Assembly (NCBI GenBank): GCA_051294905.1
Contig: CM119371.1
Span: 21,020,001-21,084,000 of the forward strand
From: Botryllus schlosseri
Lineage: Eukaryota
DNA length: 64,000 bases
Direction: 5' to 3'
Below are positions 36,721-50,076 of the stretch, piece by piece. A program made the translations under genes and the position numbers. Each line of letters starts with the position of its first letter. Position 1 is the stretch's first letter. The notes under the pieces were generated by a model. It did no database searches, had not been told where the DNA came from, and saw only the letters and a program-made list of their open reading frames with translations.

Positions 36721-39700
36721 AGTAAGTCATGCGTAAAGGAGAGACAGAGTCCATTTTTCATTTCATCAATAATAAAATACAACGCGTACTACTAATAACT
36801 GAATGATTGCTATACTGTTGTTCGATGGCAATGGCAGCGGTGCCGGATACAAGTAAAATGTTCAGCGTCGCGGTGTTTCATTTGTATTACAAATTTCTTC
36901 AGTAAGTTCGGCAGAAAAATAATACGACCACCTTTTTATTTCATCGCAATCTTTTGGTATGTAGATCTGATAATTTGTTTGTATAATAAACTGGAATGAG
37001 AAACAAGCAATTAACTATAAGCACATTTAAGAAAGTAAGACTAACATCAAGGAGTAACGTGAGTATCGTAGGTATGTAAAGTCAGATCAGAGCAAACCTC
37101 AAGAAAGCGAGTCTTCAGTCAAGTATTGGTACAGCACGACCATAATATCTGATCACCTACCTATTTGCTTCAAGCCCGGCACCACCGTCGGTTACAACCT
37201 TGGTTAGTTATATCAGTAATAATATTACTAATTAAACACTGCAGCCTGATGAAAAAGCTATAGCTTAGGGTCAATAACCATACCGATCAAATCACATTTT
37301 GCGAGGCTTTTCGAATTCCTTCCCAATTGATATCCGGTATGAATGTTTGACACCACATAAAATTCGTTCGGAATGACTACTGATATACATGTGAGCTCAT
37401 AGACACATCATATGAGCATGAACCCACATCTTATAACATTCCTTGATGATGTGTGGACGTGCACACAACATGGCGGATTCTCGATGTCAGATCTCAGCCA
37501 ATAATATGTGTCAGCCAAATATTGTATATACCTATGCGCAATGTTGTGTGTCATTCAGCGCTGTGAATTTACAGTGTACTAGACAGGTAGCAAATCTTAC
37601 CTGACAAAGACATATCGCACTCAAACCATGGTTCGACTTTATTTCCTTGTCTGTGAGAGCCTTCTGCAGTTCGAGCAGGATATGAATTTCATCGTCTTCA
37701 TTTTCCTGCAAACAATTAGAATCATAATAGACAGGTGAAAAACTAATAAGAACCATAATAGACAGGCAAGAAGCATTTCTGCAATTCAAAAGTTTCCATT
37801 CCAGCCATCACATTCCATTTCAGATAAAGGCAAGTTTGAGCATTAGCGCTGTACGCAAGTTGTGGAATTACTGATTAGATGCGCGCTATCTAGTTTGCTA
37901 TCATCTGAAGGCTACTAATTCTTGTCTGCTTTATACACTCGTATTCCCTAGGTGTCACTTGTCAGTGTTTGATTTGTTATTAATACTGCGCATTGTGCAG
38001 TACACGGGGTTGAATTACGTTGTCAAAAATTGATGCAACACGAGATTCCCGATGGCGCAAATTCTTAATTTATTCGATTAGTTTGAACGACAACATTCTA
38101 TGCTGATTTCCTTATTAGATGTACAAATTCGACCTCATCGTTAGAAACGTAGATTTCATCGCGGGCTCTGAGAAACACCACATCTCCTATCCTATCCTAT
38201 CGCGATTTGACGAACAAATACACCTTCTACAAATTAAAGTGCATTATCTGCATCAATGAGGGCCGCAAGCCGCGTTCAAAATATTTGAGCGGGGAATCGC
38301 GTCGCGTAGCATTGTGCGATATGCGTGCACAAACGAATATCGCTAATTGGTCGCGGCCCCGGCCCCGCGTAACACCGATAATACGACTTGTTTAATTGCA
38401 ACTGAATATTGGAGTCAGAATGGTCATTTCAAAAGATCGTTGTTTTGCGTTTCAAAAAGAGGGATTTCGACACCCCCTGGCTACGCGCTTGCCGCCACCC
38501 CATGCAAAAATAAAAGTCGGCGCCTATGACTGTAGCACTGTTAATTATCAAACATAATAAAAACTTCTTGATCAGTCTGCTCTCCAAAAACTTTATCAAG
38601 AGTGAGACGCATTTCCATGTACTTCTCATGCATTTCTTCAACACTTCTATCAACAAGCAGTTGAAACTCATGTCTGATCTATTGGGAATAACAACGCGTT
38701 ACTCAGAGCTGTTAGTCATGAATATGCATATCACTTAAACAGGTTAGTTAGAGTAAGTAAATTCATCCATACTATTTATTTCAAAATGCATAGTTATTCA
38801 CTAACTTATCTTGATACGAACATAATTAGATTTTCTTGATTTAATCATCACAATAATTGAATTATTTTTAGCATATGGTACCACGAAATCTCATTAATCT
38901 AATTCTAACCCAATTAGTTGAATGTTTCCATATTCTTTCAATTCTGATCATATTCATAATTCTTCTGAAAATGCTCAATTGACGTATTTGGTAGTGAGCT
39001 AACGAAAATATCCGTCTCGTGCAACATCAATAGTGAAGTTGATCGCTCGTGAGCGGCTAATTATTGCATGGGGCTCTTATGGGCGGGGTGGTGTTGTGCC
39101 TGAAAACCAGGGGTGGTGATGGTACCATTTTTGACCCCCCTTGTGGTGGTGATGGGCCATGTGTTCTTATGGATGCGGTGATGATGGTACCCTTTCTGGT
39201 ATAGGCTGCGGCGATGATGTGCCGTGAAAACTCGTGGTGATGATGGTACCCTTTCAGACCCCCATGTGGTGATGATGTGCCTATGTGGTGATGATGGTAC
39301 CCTTTCAGATATAGGCTGTGGCGACGATGTGCCCACGGATTCTTGTGTCGTAGTGAACTAACGTTGTGGATATAGGCCGCGGCGATGATGTGCCTGTCAT
39401 GTATTCTTACGCGGTCTCTGGTGATTCTCTATGTGCTCTTATATGGGCGCGGTCGTGAATTGCCCTTTCGGGTATAGGTATCTCTCGATCGGTGTTGAAT
39501 ATGTATCAAGTAAATAGTCACGTGATTGATCCTTAGTTAATGTGTATATTGCAAATTATTATATATTACCAATTCGAGTTATTCCCAGCGTTTACGGTGA
39601 TTACGACATCAATATATCGTTATTCTTATGGCGGGGGTGGCATGCGGCTATTGTGTCTTATGGATGCGGCGGTGATTCGTACTTTCGGGTATAGACTGCG

Positions 39701-42700
39701 GGCGGGATGTCGTACTTTTAGCAAAAAAGGGTGTGAAATAGTTTTCTAAATCTAGGAATCAGTTGCTTGGTAATATTTTGGTAATTAGTTTACCACAGAG
39801 CCGGCGTAGACGGCGATTCGAATATCAACAATAACCGCGTTCACAAACTAACACTTCAAATAGCTGTGAAACAGTTTGCAAAACTCCGCGATCGCCCACA
39901 AGATAATGTCTCGGACATAACCATCTTTAGCGACTTGGTGTTACAGGCATATCGATCACTCACGCGGTGAAATTTTCGTAAACAGTTTGGCACAGAGCTT
40001 GATTTCACTCGTAAGATTCAATAAGTAACGAATAACAGACCGCCAGTGTCGGTAACTTGAATAGCGACAAATTGTCACTTATTTCCGCTCTAACCCTAAT
40101 CCTTTGTGAAGTGAACGCTTATTCAAAAGGGTGTGATATAATTTTAAAATCCAACGACCACTCACCGGATAATGCTTCAGACATAGCAATCCCTCATGCC
40201 CGCTCACAAGGTAATATTTCGGGAACTAGTTTGTCCCAGAACCGTCGCAGACGGTGATTCGAAAACCAACAATTTGTCACTTGCCCGTGATCGCTATATG
40301 TTTCACGCCTCCCGAATAGTGGCTGACTTTAGTTGCGTGATAAGATCCATGAAAATATTCAATTAATGTGTTAGTTTGTCAACTTGAAATGTAACTCACT
40401 ACACAAATCAAGTTGAATCGTATTTGAATGTATTGATTCGACCCAACTCAAATCCTTTGACAAATCCTATTAACGCGATCTGTTGAATCGAACGTAACCT
40501 GAATATTACTGACGCCAACATTCACCCGCATCGGATCATTCACACATTCCACGCCGCTGTTTTAACACTTATAGAATCAATACCAACTATCTCTAACCCG
40601 ATAATATTCAATCATTTTGGTAATTTGCCAACTTTAAATCCATTCGCGGGATGTACTAAAGGTAAATCCAAATAATCCAGAATGAAATATTTGGACTTTG
40701 ACATTGCGTGAATTGAAATAGGTTTGACAAACATGACTACCAACTTTCACCCAGTCACATTTCAAGATTATAGTTTGAAACAATCCTTGAAACTGACAAC
40801 ACTATTCACGACTCCGTTTCCGTTTGTAAAATAGAGTTTCAGAAATACTATCACTATGACAACTCAACATTTTAACATCTCGCCATGCACAAACGAGTAA
40901 AATACAAAAACCTTGGTAAGTCAATCCGTTTGTAGTAACTCACCAAACCAAAACAAAAAGTGTCCGTATGAAAAGTAGACAAGACTACGCGAGTAATCAC
41001 TACAACCCACAAACATGCCAACTCAGTTGTATCCATATCCCATATTTTTTATTCAACTGTGAGATGAAGTAATTACTACTTGGCGCGCGGTTTGAGATTA
41101 ACACATTACATTTGAGTATACGAGATTTGAATGTCTGACCAACGTAGTTGAGAATTCTTACAATCGAACGCAGGTGTTATATTGAAAATTTTCACGTATT
41201 GACACATTGATTTTGACATATGAGATTTTGTAATAGTCGATCATGACTTGATTATTAAATTATGACATTATTAGACCAGGGTTGTGTTGAAGGTTATTGC
41301 GATACCAACAAACTTTTCAGAAACATTGTTAGTAACATATCGATTTGTAAAACTAGATTAACATATCTGAAATGTTTTGATTGGGAAGATTAAGCCGTGT
41401 TCGTAAAAACCGCGCAGCGTATTGTGGAAATCAGGAAATAATTTACAAATGTAATTGTCTCCAGTAACCAAGACTAAAGATGAAACAACAATTTTCTTTG
41501 TTGAACAATAACCGGTACAATACTTTATCGTCGTAATCTGCGGTGGGAATTGAAACACTTTCGCACATTTCCCGGTGTCAAGATATCACACTAAGTGAAT
41601 TGACATATCGCCGCTTGATTAATGCTTAATCCGTTCGCACCATTTCACACACTTTGATCATTACAAAAAACAAATTGGAATATGTTTGCTAGATGCATTC
41701 AATTCAGTTAGAAATGTCTGGTACACAACAATCGTAATATCGATGAAGTACTTGCTACATTGTAATTCACTTAACGTGTTTTGCATTGTTGTTCATTTGT
41801 AGTATTGATTGTTTTTGAACCCCCAAATAATAATTCCCCGACATGAAACCAAACCGCTGGAAGTCGTTACCATCACAACGAAACAATTGTACGATGTTTG
41901 CCAAATGTATCCTACAGTTAGGTGTACTAGAATTATTTGTCAAAAACATACACCGACAATGCATTCGAAAATTTTTCCGTTGTCATTCGCTAGAGTAAAT
42001 GTCATCACAATACTCTGTCACTAAAAGACGTTACTTGTATGTGATTGAATCACCGGTAATTAACTAGCTAAATCAAACCCCTAAGTAATTTCACACACTC
42101 ATTGGATATTAAACATCACCGCTTAATCGTTGTGGGTCGTTTTTCTAAGTATAAATTATATCCACCCAACCGAAAACAATTTTCACTCACTTGGTTAATG
42201 AAGCCGAGGTCGACATTCGATATTTTGTTTGCGGGAAATACTTTGTAATAAACACACTGGAGTGGTTGAGCTTTACCATCATCAAGCTGTCATTTGTATC
42301 GTTTAATTAACCGACATTTAGCGATTGGCGAACATACCGAACGATACACAGTCACTTCGAAATACTCCGTTGATCGTAATTTCCATCATCATAATAATCG
42401 AAGTACAATTGTTTCGAATCGCTGGAGTGGTTGAGCTTTACATCATCAGACTGCCATCTGTACATCAAGAATACATCCGACTTGTAACTGGGTCGTTTAC
42501 CTAACCGAGTTGTATGCACAGTTCGATATTTAGCGATTGCAGAACATACCACTTCGAAATACTGCGTTGATCTCAATTCCTTTGTCGTGATAATCGAAGT
42601 ACATTTGTTTCGATTTCATAAAAACCAACTTTTCTATGACATGATAAATTTTTGAAAAGTTATGCTTAGAAGATTGGTGCATCTCGCGAAAAAATAATAT

Positions 42701-44274
42701 ACCACTCATATTGATACTGTTACTCCATTAAACCGTATTTTCAAATGAGTCGATTTTCAACCGAGCAAAATTTAATACTTGAGTTGTCCCGCTTACTATA
42801 TTTAAATGTAAACTCACCCGTCTTTCAACAACAAAGACATGAATGAAAAGTACACAAGCAAACACAACAAGTTTTACTTTTGTTGGACACCAATTATTAT
42901 CCCACGCATCTCATTTCATACTAAGTGTATATGAAAGATATTCATGGCACACGAAAATATTCGATATTCCATGCTACGAACATACGCAATGATTGGTGAC
43001 GCTTTCACACTATTTCGATTTAGTGTAACAAAAACAACAACAACAATTTTCACTCTCTTGACTTATGAAAACAACAGACGAACCTTCATTCAATATTTTG
43101 TTTTTGTCAACTAGTTACTTTTTCAGGTTTAGGAGACCCCCAGAACTCTTACAGAAGTATGAAAGATATTTACATCACACAAAGTAATCAACTTTACTCG
43201 ATATTCTCACATTACGAAACTAAAGAATGGTTGGTTTGAGTCTACAAACTGTTTCGTTACCTCAAGAACTTTATTGTCTGAATGGATGTTCATGTATCTT
43301 GATAATCAAATAGCTCAACACATAACTAGTATTAACAGAAACATTAGAGTTGTTTACACAAAAGTTTGTATGTGTACAGTATGCGAATACCATGTGTAAG
43401 TCCAGCACAATTGTGGCATCCATCCGGGTTTAGTTAACACAATTTACGACACCGAGGTCGCCTCATCTTTCGTAAGACAACAAACCAACCAAGGTTTCAG
43501 GATATGTCCATGTCATAGCAATAAATCAGCTACTCCAACAACAGAGTACATATGTTTTCTAGTTACGGTGCTTACATCTTACAAAAAAATCAATCTACTT
43601 TGCCAACAAAAAGTGCTGAGTCATCAAGTGATTGCCCTAGCAACAAAACAGCTAAACGTACTATCATACAAAATGGCCGTTATAGTCACCAACGGTACAT
43701 GGTACAAGTAACAAGTCTCGAGAATCCAGTTATTGAAAAAATGTGAAAGTGTTTCTCCTGCGCCAAGTCGTTATGTTGACGAAAGCGTATATTGTAATAT
43801 CATGATCGATTTGCATTCGTTGGTCACAAAATGTCACTACTCTAAATAATTATTTTTCACTCAAACACAAAAGCATACTTGTCACCATTCGTTTTCATCA
43901 AGTACGAGTTCAAGAAACTTACTTACTACGACATGAATTGTTATTTTTATGTTGTTTAAATAGGTAATCGTTATTTTTAGTAACACTATATCAAAATCAT
44001 CGAGGTGTTCTAAAAGATTTACATGTGGTCTTGTGGTTTTAATCGAAGTACACAGCACGATTTAATGTAGAGTCGTCTCTATTGTACAACAACTCGGTAA
44101 TCGAAATGCATGCATTAAAATTTAAACAGCGATCTTGTTTCATCACGCGAAAAATATGTTCACTATCGCGATACTCTGCACAGGACGTGTAAATCCTTTT
44201 CACCCTCATAATAGTATCCCAACGGCTACCGGCGACAACGTTTAACAACACCAACGACACTAAACATACGATAC

Positions 44275-44830
44275 CTACCCAAGTAAAATTTCCATTTTCA
44301 CCTGGAGGTCAGCCGTTACCTGAGTAAAAATACCATTAATCTTTGGAGATTTATCGTTTAATCAGAGTAACAAAACATTTTCACTTGGGGGTCTATCGTT
44401 TCCAAGAGTAACAAGCCTTTGGAAATCTATTTTTCCCTGGGTAACAAACCTTTTTCACTTGCAAATATATTTTTCCCCCGGGTAACAAACCTTTTTCGCT
44501 TGGAAATATATTTTTTCCTTGAGCAACAGACCATTTTTACTTGGAAATATATTTTTTCTCTGAGCAACTGATCATTTTTACTTGGAAATATATTTTTTCC
44601 CTGAGCAACAAACCATTTTCACTTGGAAATGTATTTTTTCCCTGAGAAACAAACCATTTTCACTCGGTGGGTCGTCGTTTACCTGAGTAAAAATATCATT
44701 TTCCTTTGGAGATCTGGCGTTTACCCATTGTAACAATACATTTTCACTTGGAAATCTGTCGTTTACCTGAGTACAAATACCGTTTTCACTTGAAAATCTA
44801 TCTTTTCCCTGGGTAACAATACCATTTTCG
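44275..44830. repeat. 41-42-bp tandem array
   Basis: About 13 degenerate units of AAACCATTTTCACTTGGAAAT...CCTGAG; the minus strand reads as 14-aa repeats. Confidence 0.85.
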
Positions 44831-44984
44831 TTTTGAAAACTGACCACCACACCGGCCAATTTGATATTTTTTGTATATTGTTACAACAGACAGTGACAAA
44901 ATATACACCAACAACAACTCCGATGCATTTGTGTAATCGCATACTCACTTGTTCTGGTGCATCCCATCAAAATTGACGGTTAGC

Positions 44985-45002
44985 CACACACACACACACA
45001 CA
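44985..45002. repeat. (CA)9 microsatellite
   Basis: Direct reading. Confidence 0.9.
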
Positions 45003-46652
45003 AAATAACAATGCGCTATTTCGATATGACTGCGATGTCCGGGTTCGTGCTTCAGATTTTCCAGAATCAATCCGTCTAAAGTTGTAATCCCCGACTTTGT
45101 TAACTGGTTGATACACGGATAACAATCTTCGGAAAATGTGGGAATGCATGCTACCCATCGTGCTAACGATTCCAGGTTACTTGTAAATAATTTTCATGCT
45201 CACCCTATACAGATTATACGTACAGGGACATGTAGCGGTAATCGGTTTGGTCAATACATATCGCCCAATTTAGTATGGAATTACAAACCCAATACAGGTC
45301 AGTCCATAACCGGATCCGGATATTCAATGCAAAGCGATAAAGCAGAACCAATGCCAAATGTAATTGAACATGTAGATTCACAACCCTTGATTTTTTTTCG
45401 TGAAAAATGACAATACATATCGAATATATTTTACGATTGTTCAACCCTACCAAGTATTCACGTAAATGTGGTTTATGACATTACATACAATGTGTCGGTG
45501 TACAAATGTTGGGTGTTTATGCACACATCGGTATGACCTATAGACAACATCATCATACCCTCCAGGACTTCGTTATTGCATCGCGAGTTCAATAAAATCA
45601 ATTTTGTATATTCAATCGGTGGCATAGACGACGGAAGGCTTGGAGATCCAATGTAAAATTCAGACAAACAAACGGGTATATTTGTCCATCTTGGTTATTC
45701 ACTCAACTACCGTTGGTGCTCTCGATACAGCGAACGGTACAGTATGCAACGCATATCATTAGAGTGATATATCCACAGGTAAATATGATCATGGGGGTCT
45801 GAAAGGGTACCATCATCACCACGAGTTTTCACGGCACATCATCGCCGCAGCCTATACCAGAAAGGGTACCATCATCACCGCATCCATAAGAACACAGGGA
45901 ACATCACCACCACAAGGGGTGTCAAAAATGGTACCATCACCACCCCGGGTTTTCAGGCACATCACCACCCCGCCCATAAGAGCCCCATGCAAAAATTAGC
46001 TGCTCACGAGCGATCAACTACACTACTAACATCACGTCCAACTTTCTAGCTATGGTGCACAGACGCTAACCAATCTCATGCTCGTTCCTATGAACTAAGC
46101 TTGAATTTGGCTGGATTCCCTTGTTATTCATAATTTCTGTCAATTTTCAAGTTTTTGCAAATTGAGTAATTGTAATTGTAATCTAATTTGGAAAAACTGC
46201 GCTTCAATTCTAATCTAATTCAATTTGAAAGAGCTGATAATCTACTAGTTGTCCAAGGCTGGTACAGTGTACACTGTACACATGTTGTGTAATAGGAAAA
46301 CAGTGTATATTAATGCAATAGTAAGATACATAGGCAATATAATTGCTTAATTTGCCGAGGCACACAAACAATTTCATTTTACTGATTTTCGAAGTTATGA
46401 CTGCAAATTGAAGTCATCTGTAAGGAATGAAAGAACTCACCAGTCTAATATCTTGCAGCATTGGAAAGCTCTTCAAAATTTCAGCAACGCCACCAAATTC
46501 TAGCACCTCCAACTGATTACGTCTGTCGTGATGAGTGTACTTCATGAGAGTGATGACATTCAGCCAATTGGCGCCAGGTCTATCGAACTCTGTTTCCAAC
46601 TGCACGCTGGCATCTTCAATCGTTATATTAGGGTGACCTTTTGAATAACATG

Positions 46653-49600
46653 AGTAGTTATATAGATCGGTCTGGGTGTGCCTGGGGTTCTTATGGGCGG
46701 GGTCGCATGCTAACGCGAAACCGGGGGTGGCATGCTAACGTTTTCATCTTATGGCGGGGGTGGCATGCTAACGTTTTCGTCTTATGGCGGGGGTGGCATG
46801 CTAACGTTTTCGTCTTATGGCGGGGGTGGCATGCTAACGTTTTCGTCTTATGGCGGGGGTCGTGAGCGGCTGGAAAACCGGGGGTGGTGAGCGGCTATTG
46901 TGTCTTATGGCGGGGGTGGTGAGCGGCTCTTATTTCTTATGGCGGGGGTGGCGAGCTAACGAGAAACCGGGGGTGGCGAGCTAACGTTTTCGTCTTATGG
47001 CGGGGGTGGCGAGCTAACGTTTTCGTCTTATGGCGGGGGTGGCGAGCTAACGTTTTCGTCTTATGGCGGGGGTGGCATGCTAACGTTTTCGTCTTATGGC
47101 GGGGGTCGTGAGCGGCTGGAAAACCGGGGGTGGTGAGCGGCTATTGTGTCTTATGGCGGGGGTGGTGAGCGGCTCTTATTTCTTATGGCGGGGGTGGTGA
47201 GCGGCTATTGCGTCTTATGGCGGGGGTGGCGAGCGGCATTTGTGTCTTATGGGTGCGGTCGTGATTCGTACTTTCGGGTATAGGCTGCGGCGGTGACTCG
47301 TAATGAAAACTCGTGTTCGTGATTCGTACTTTCGGGTATAGGCGGCGGCGGCATGCTAATGTTCCAGGTATAGGCTCCGGTTGCATGATAGCGTTACAGA
47401 GATAGGGATCGGTCGCATGCTAACGTTTTCGGATATAGGTGGTGGCGGTAAGTCGTACTCTCGGGTATTTAGTCTGCCACAGAGCCGGCGCAGACGGCGA
47501 TTCGAATATCAACAATAGTCGCGTTCGCAAACTAACACTTCAAAAAGATGTGAAATATTTGTAAAATCCTACGATCACTCACAAGATACCACTTCCGGCA
47601 TATCGATCTATCACTCAATACACAACCAAAGTTGAATTATAAATGAATGCGTAAATTTATCACCTCGGCATCAAATTTCGAAAACAACAACTTGATGCTT
47701 TATGTTCTCACTCTAATTTCGTGATACGTGTAATAAGTGTCGAATAACAGATACACCACCGGCGAGACTTGAATACCAACAAATTGTCACTTATTTCTAT
47801 TCTAGCCGTAATCCTTTGTGAAGTTAACGCTTATTCAAAAAGGTGTGAAATATTTGCAAAACCCCGCGATCACTGACAAGATAATGTCTCGCACATAACC
47901 ATCTTTCACGACTTGGTGTCATAACCATACCGATCGCTCACGCGGTGAAATTTTAGTAATCAGTTTGTCACAGAACTTGATTTCGCTGGTAAGATTTAAC
48001 AAGTAACGAATAACAGACCGCCAGTGTCGGTAACTTGAATAGCGACAAATTGTCACGTATTTCCGCTCTAACCCTAATCCTCTGTGAAGTGAACGCTTAT
48101 TCAAAAGGGTGTGATATAATTTTAAAATCCAACGACCACTCACCGGATAATGCTTCAGACATAGCAATCCCTCATGTCCGCTCACAAGGTAATATTTCGG
48201 TAATTAGTTTGTCCCAGAACCGTCGCAGACGGTGATTCGAAAACCAACAATTTGACACTTTCTGGTGGTCGCTATATGTTTTGACACTTCGAACAGTGGC
48301 TGACTTTAGTTGCGCGATAAGAATTATGAGAATATTCAACCAATGTATCAATTTGCCAACTCGAAATGAAACTTACTACACAAACCAAGTTGATTCGTAT
48401 CTGAATGTGTTAATTCGGTACAATTCTAATTATTTTGAGAAATCTTTTCGTGATCTTTTGATTCGACCATAACCCGAATATTACTGACGCCGACTTTCAG
48501 CTACATCGAATTATTCGCACATTCCACGCCGCTGTTTTCACACTTATAGAATCAATACCAACTATAATTCTACAAGAATCAAGAATCACAAGTATGTGCA
48601 TTATACAGTTATTGTCTTTATCAACATGAAATCAAACTCTTAACAAAAACACGCATCTTATCACTCGTCAACTCTATCATGAAAATCCTCGAGTCCTTAT
48701 CATCAAAAATGTTATAGCGCGGCGTCGGAATCCATTCGCGAGATGTACTAAAGGTAAATCCAGTTAATCCAAAATGAAATATTTGGACTTGACATAGTCC
48801 GAATTGAAATAGATTGACAAACATTACTACCAACTTTCAACCCAACCATAGTTAGAGATTATACGCATATTGATTTGAAAAAAGTAATGAAACCTTACAA
48901 CGCTATTCACAGTTTTCCGTTTGTCAAATAGAGTTTCAGTAATTACTATCGCTATATTTTAATGTGTTACTACACACAATCAAGTCAATCAATGAAATAG
49001 CACCTGTTGTAAATATTTCTTACTTGACAACCACTTGTGCATACCACGATCGAGTTGCGATGCGATGAGTTGAATCGGAATATTTCAAGCTACTTTGTCA
49101 TATCACGATTTGAAGTAGGATTACCAGACAGACAGGGTAAACTTTCACTCCAATGCGTTTCAGATTAATTTATTCACACGATCACCATCTCGCTGTCCTC
49201 ACACTTACACAATCGCGTACTGTTCCCACTCACAACTTCGGTACGACATTTCAACTTGTCACAATAACTGATTATTCACATGTTGATTTGAAACAAAAGA
49301 AGCCTTGAGCAACTTATCTGGGTATTTTTTGTTGTAATCGAGTGAACGGAAATAGTATTACACCTCGAAATTTTAACATCTTACCATACTCAAAAGAGTA
49401 AATCATGAAAACCTTGTCAAGTAAATCCGTTTGTAACTCGGCCAACCAACTATACAGAAAGAAGAAGACAAGATTACGCGAGTACATACAATCGCTACAA
49501 TCTAAAATCCATAACAAGTTCGGTTGTAGTCATATACCACCAAATCATCTTTGTTCAACTGTAAAAGTCGTTACTATGCTGTAAGATAAAGTAATTACTA

Positions 49601-50076
49601 CTCGGTAAATTTTATAAACCAAAGTAAATACTACTCGGTGTGTGGTTTGAGATTAACATATTACATTTGAGTATACGAAATTTGAATGTCCGAACACGTA
49701 GTTGAGAATTCTTACGATCAAACGCGGGTGTTATATTGAAAATTTTCACGAATTGACACATTGATTTTGACATATGAGATTTTGTAATACTCGATCATGA
49801 CTTGGTTATTAAATCATGACATTATTAGATCAGGGTTGTGTAGAAGGTTATCACGACACCAACAAACTTTTCAGAAACATTGTTATTAACATATCGATTT
49901 GTGAAACTAGATTAACATATCTGAAATGTTTTGATTGGGAAGATTAAGCCGTGTTCGTAAAAACCACGCAGCGTATTGTGGATATCAGGAAATATTTTAC
50001 AAATGTAATTGTCTCCAGTTACCAAGACTAAAGATGAAACAACAATTTCCTTTGTTGAACAATAACCGGTACAATA
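46653..50076. mobile_element. Maverick/Polinton-like element 2, left part (interrupted at 50077)
   Basis: Starts AGTAGT exactly where EnSpm-A homology stops; 47475-50076 is collinear with 39795-41522 of element 1. Confidence 0.7.
46690..47465. repeat. G-rich 33-bp minisatellite forming the terminal region of Maverick-like element 2
   Basis: TGGCATGCTAACGTTTTCGTCTTATGGCGGGGG units and variants; higher-order period of 246 bp (46861 vs 47107). Confidence 0.9.

Larger units (their letters stand above)
29755..37576 (-). mobile_element. CACTA/EnSpm family A, complete inner copy (non-autonomous)
   Basis: TIR CACTGTAAA / TTTACAGTG; TA TSD; the flanks rejoin to AGATCCATACTAGACAGG, identical to the empty site at 33621-33638. 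Confidence 0.9.
39029..46027. mobile_element. Maverick/Polinton-like non-autonomous element 1
   Basis: 238-bp TIRs (39029-39266 / 45790-46027); right terminus reads AGTAGT on minus; perfect 6-bp TSD AACATC; empty paralogous site near 35238; no core genes recognised. Confidence 0.75.
27604..46636 (-). pseudogene. Scattered exons of the SAMD3-like second gene of the outer EnSpm-A
   Basis: Exons at about 46441-46636, 38564-38678, 37601-37707 and 27604-27927 with GT-AG borders; last exon has FVACYYAWDLSYPK and a frameshift. Confidence 0.7.
20833..46652 (-). mobile_element. CACTA/EnSpm family A, outer copy (heavily interrupted; other end not in window)
   Basis: Begins TA|CACTGTAA; collinear with the complete inner copy 29755-37576 once nested insertions are removed; homology is last seen at 46652. 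Confidence 0.8.

Noticed and set aside
26780..39030. Ordinary segmental/tandem duplication or assembly artefact
   Set aside because: Breakpoints coincide with CACTG TIRs and a TA TSD, and the copies are diverged with private insertions.
40057..40257. ORF conserved at 40057 and 48035 as a real small gene
   Set aside because: TTG start, within degenerate repeat modules; conservation is explained by overall DNA similarity of the two elements.
46690..47465. CRISPR-like repeat/spacer array
   Set aside because: The intervening segments are repeated variants, not unique spacers; eukaryotic context and no cas genes. It is a minisatellite.
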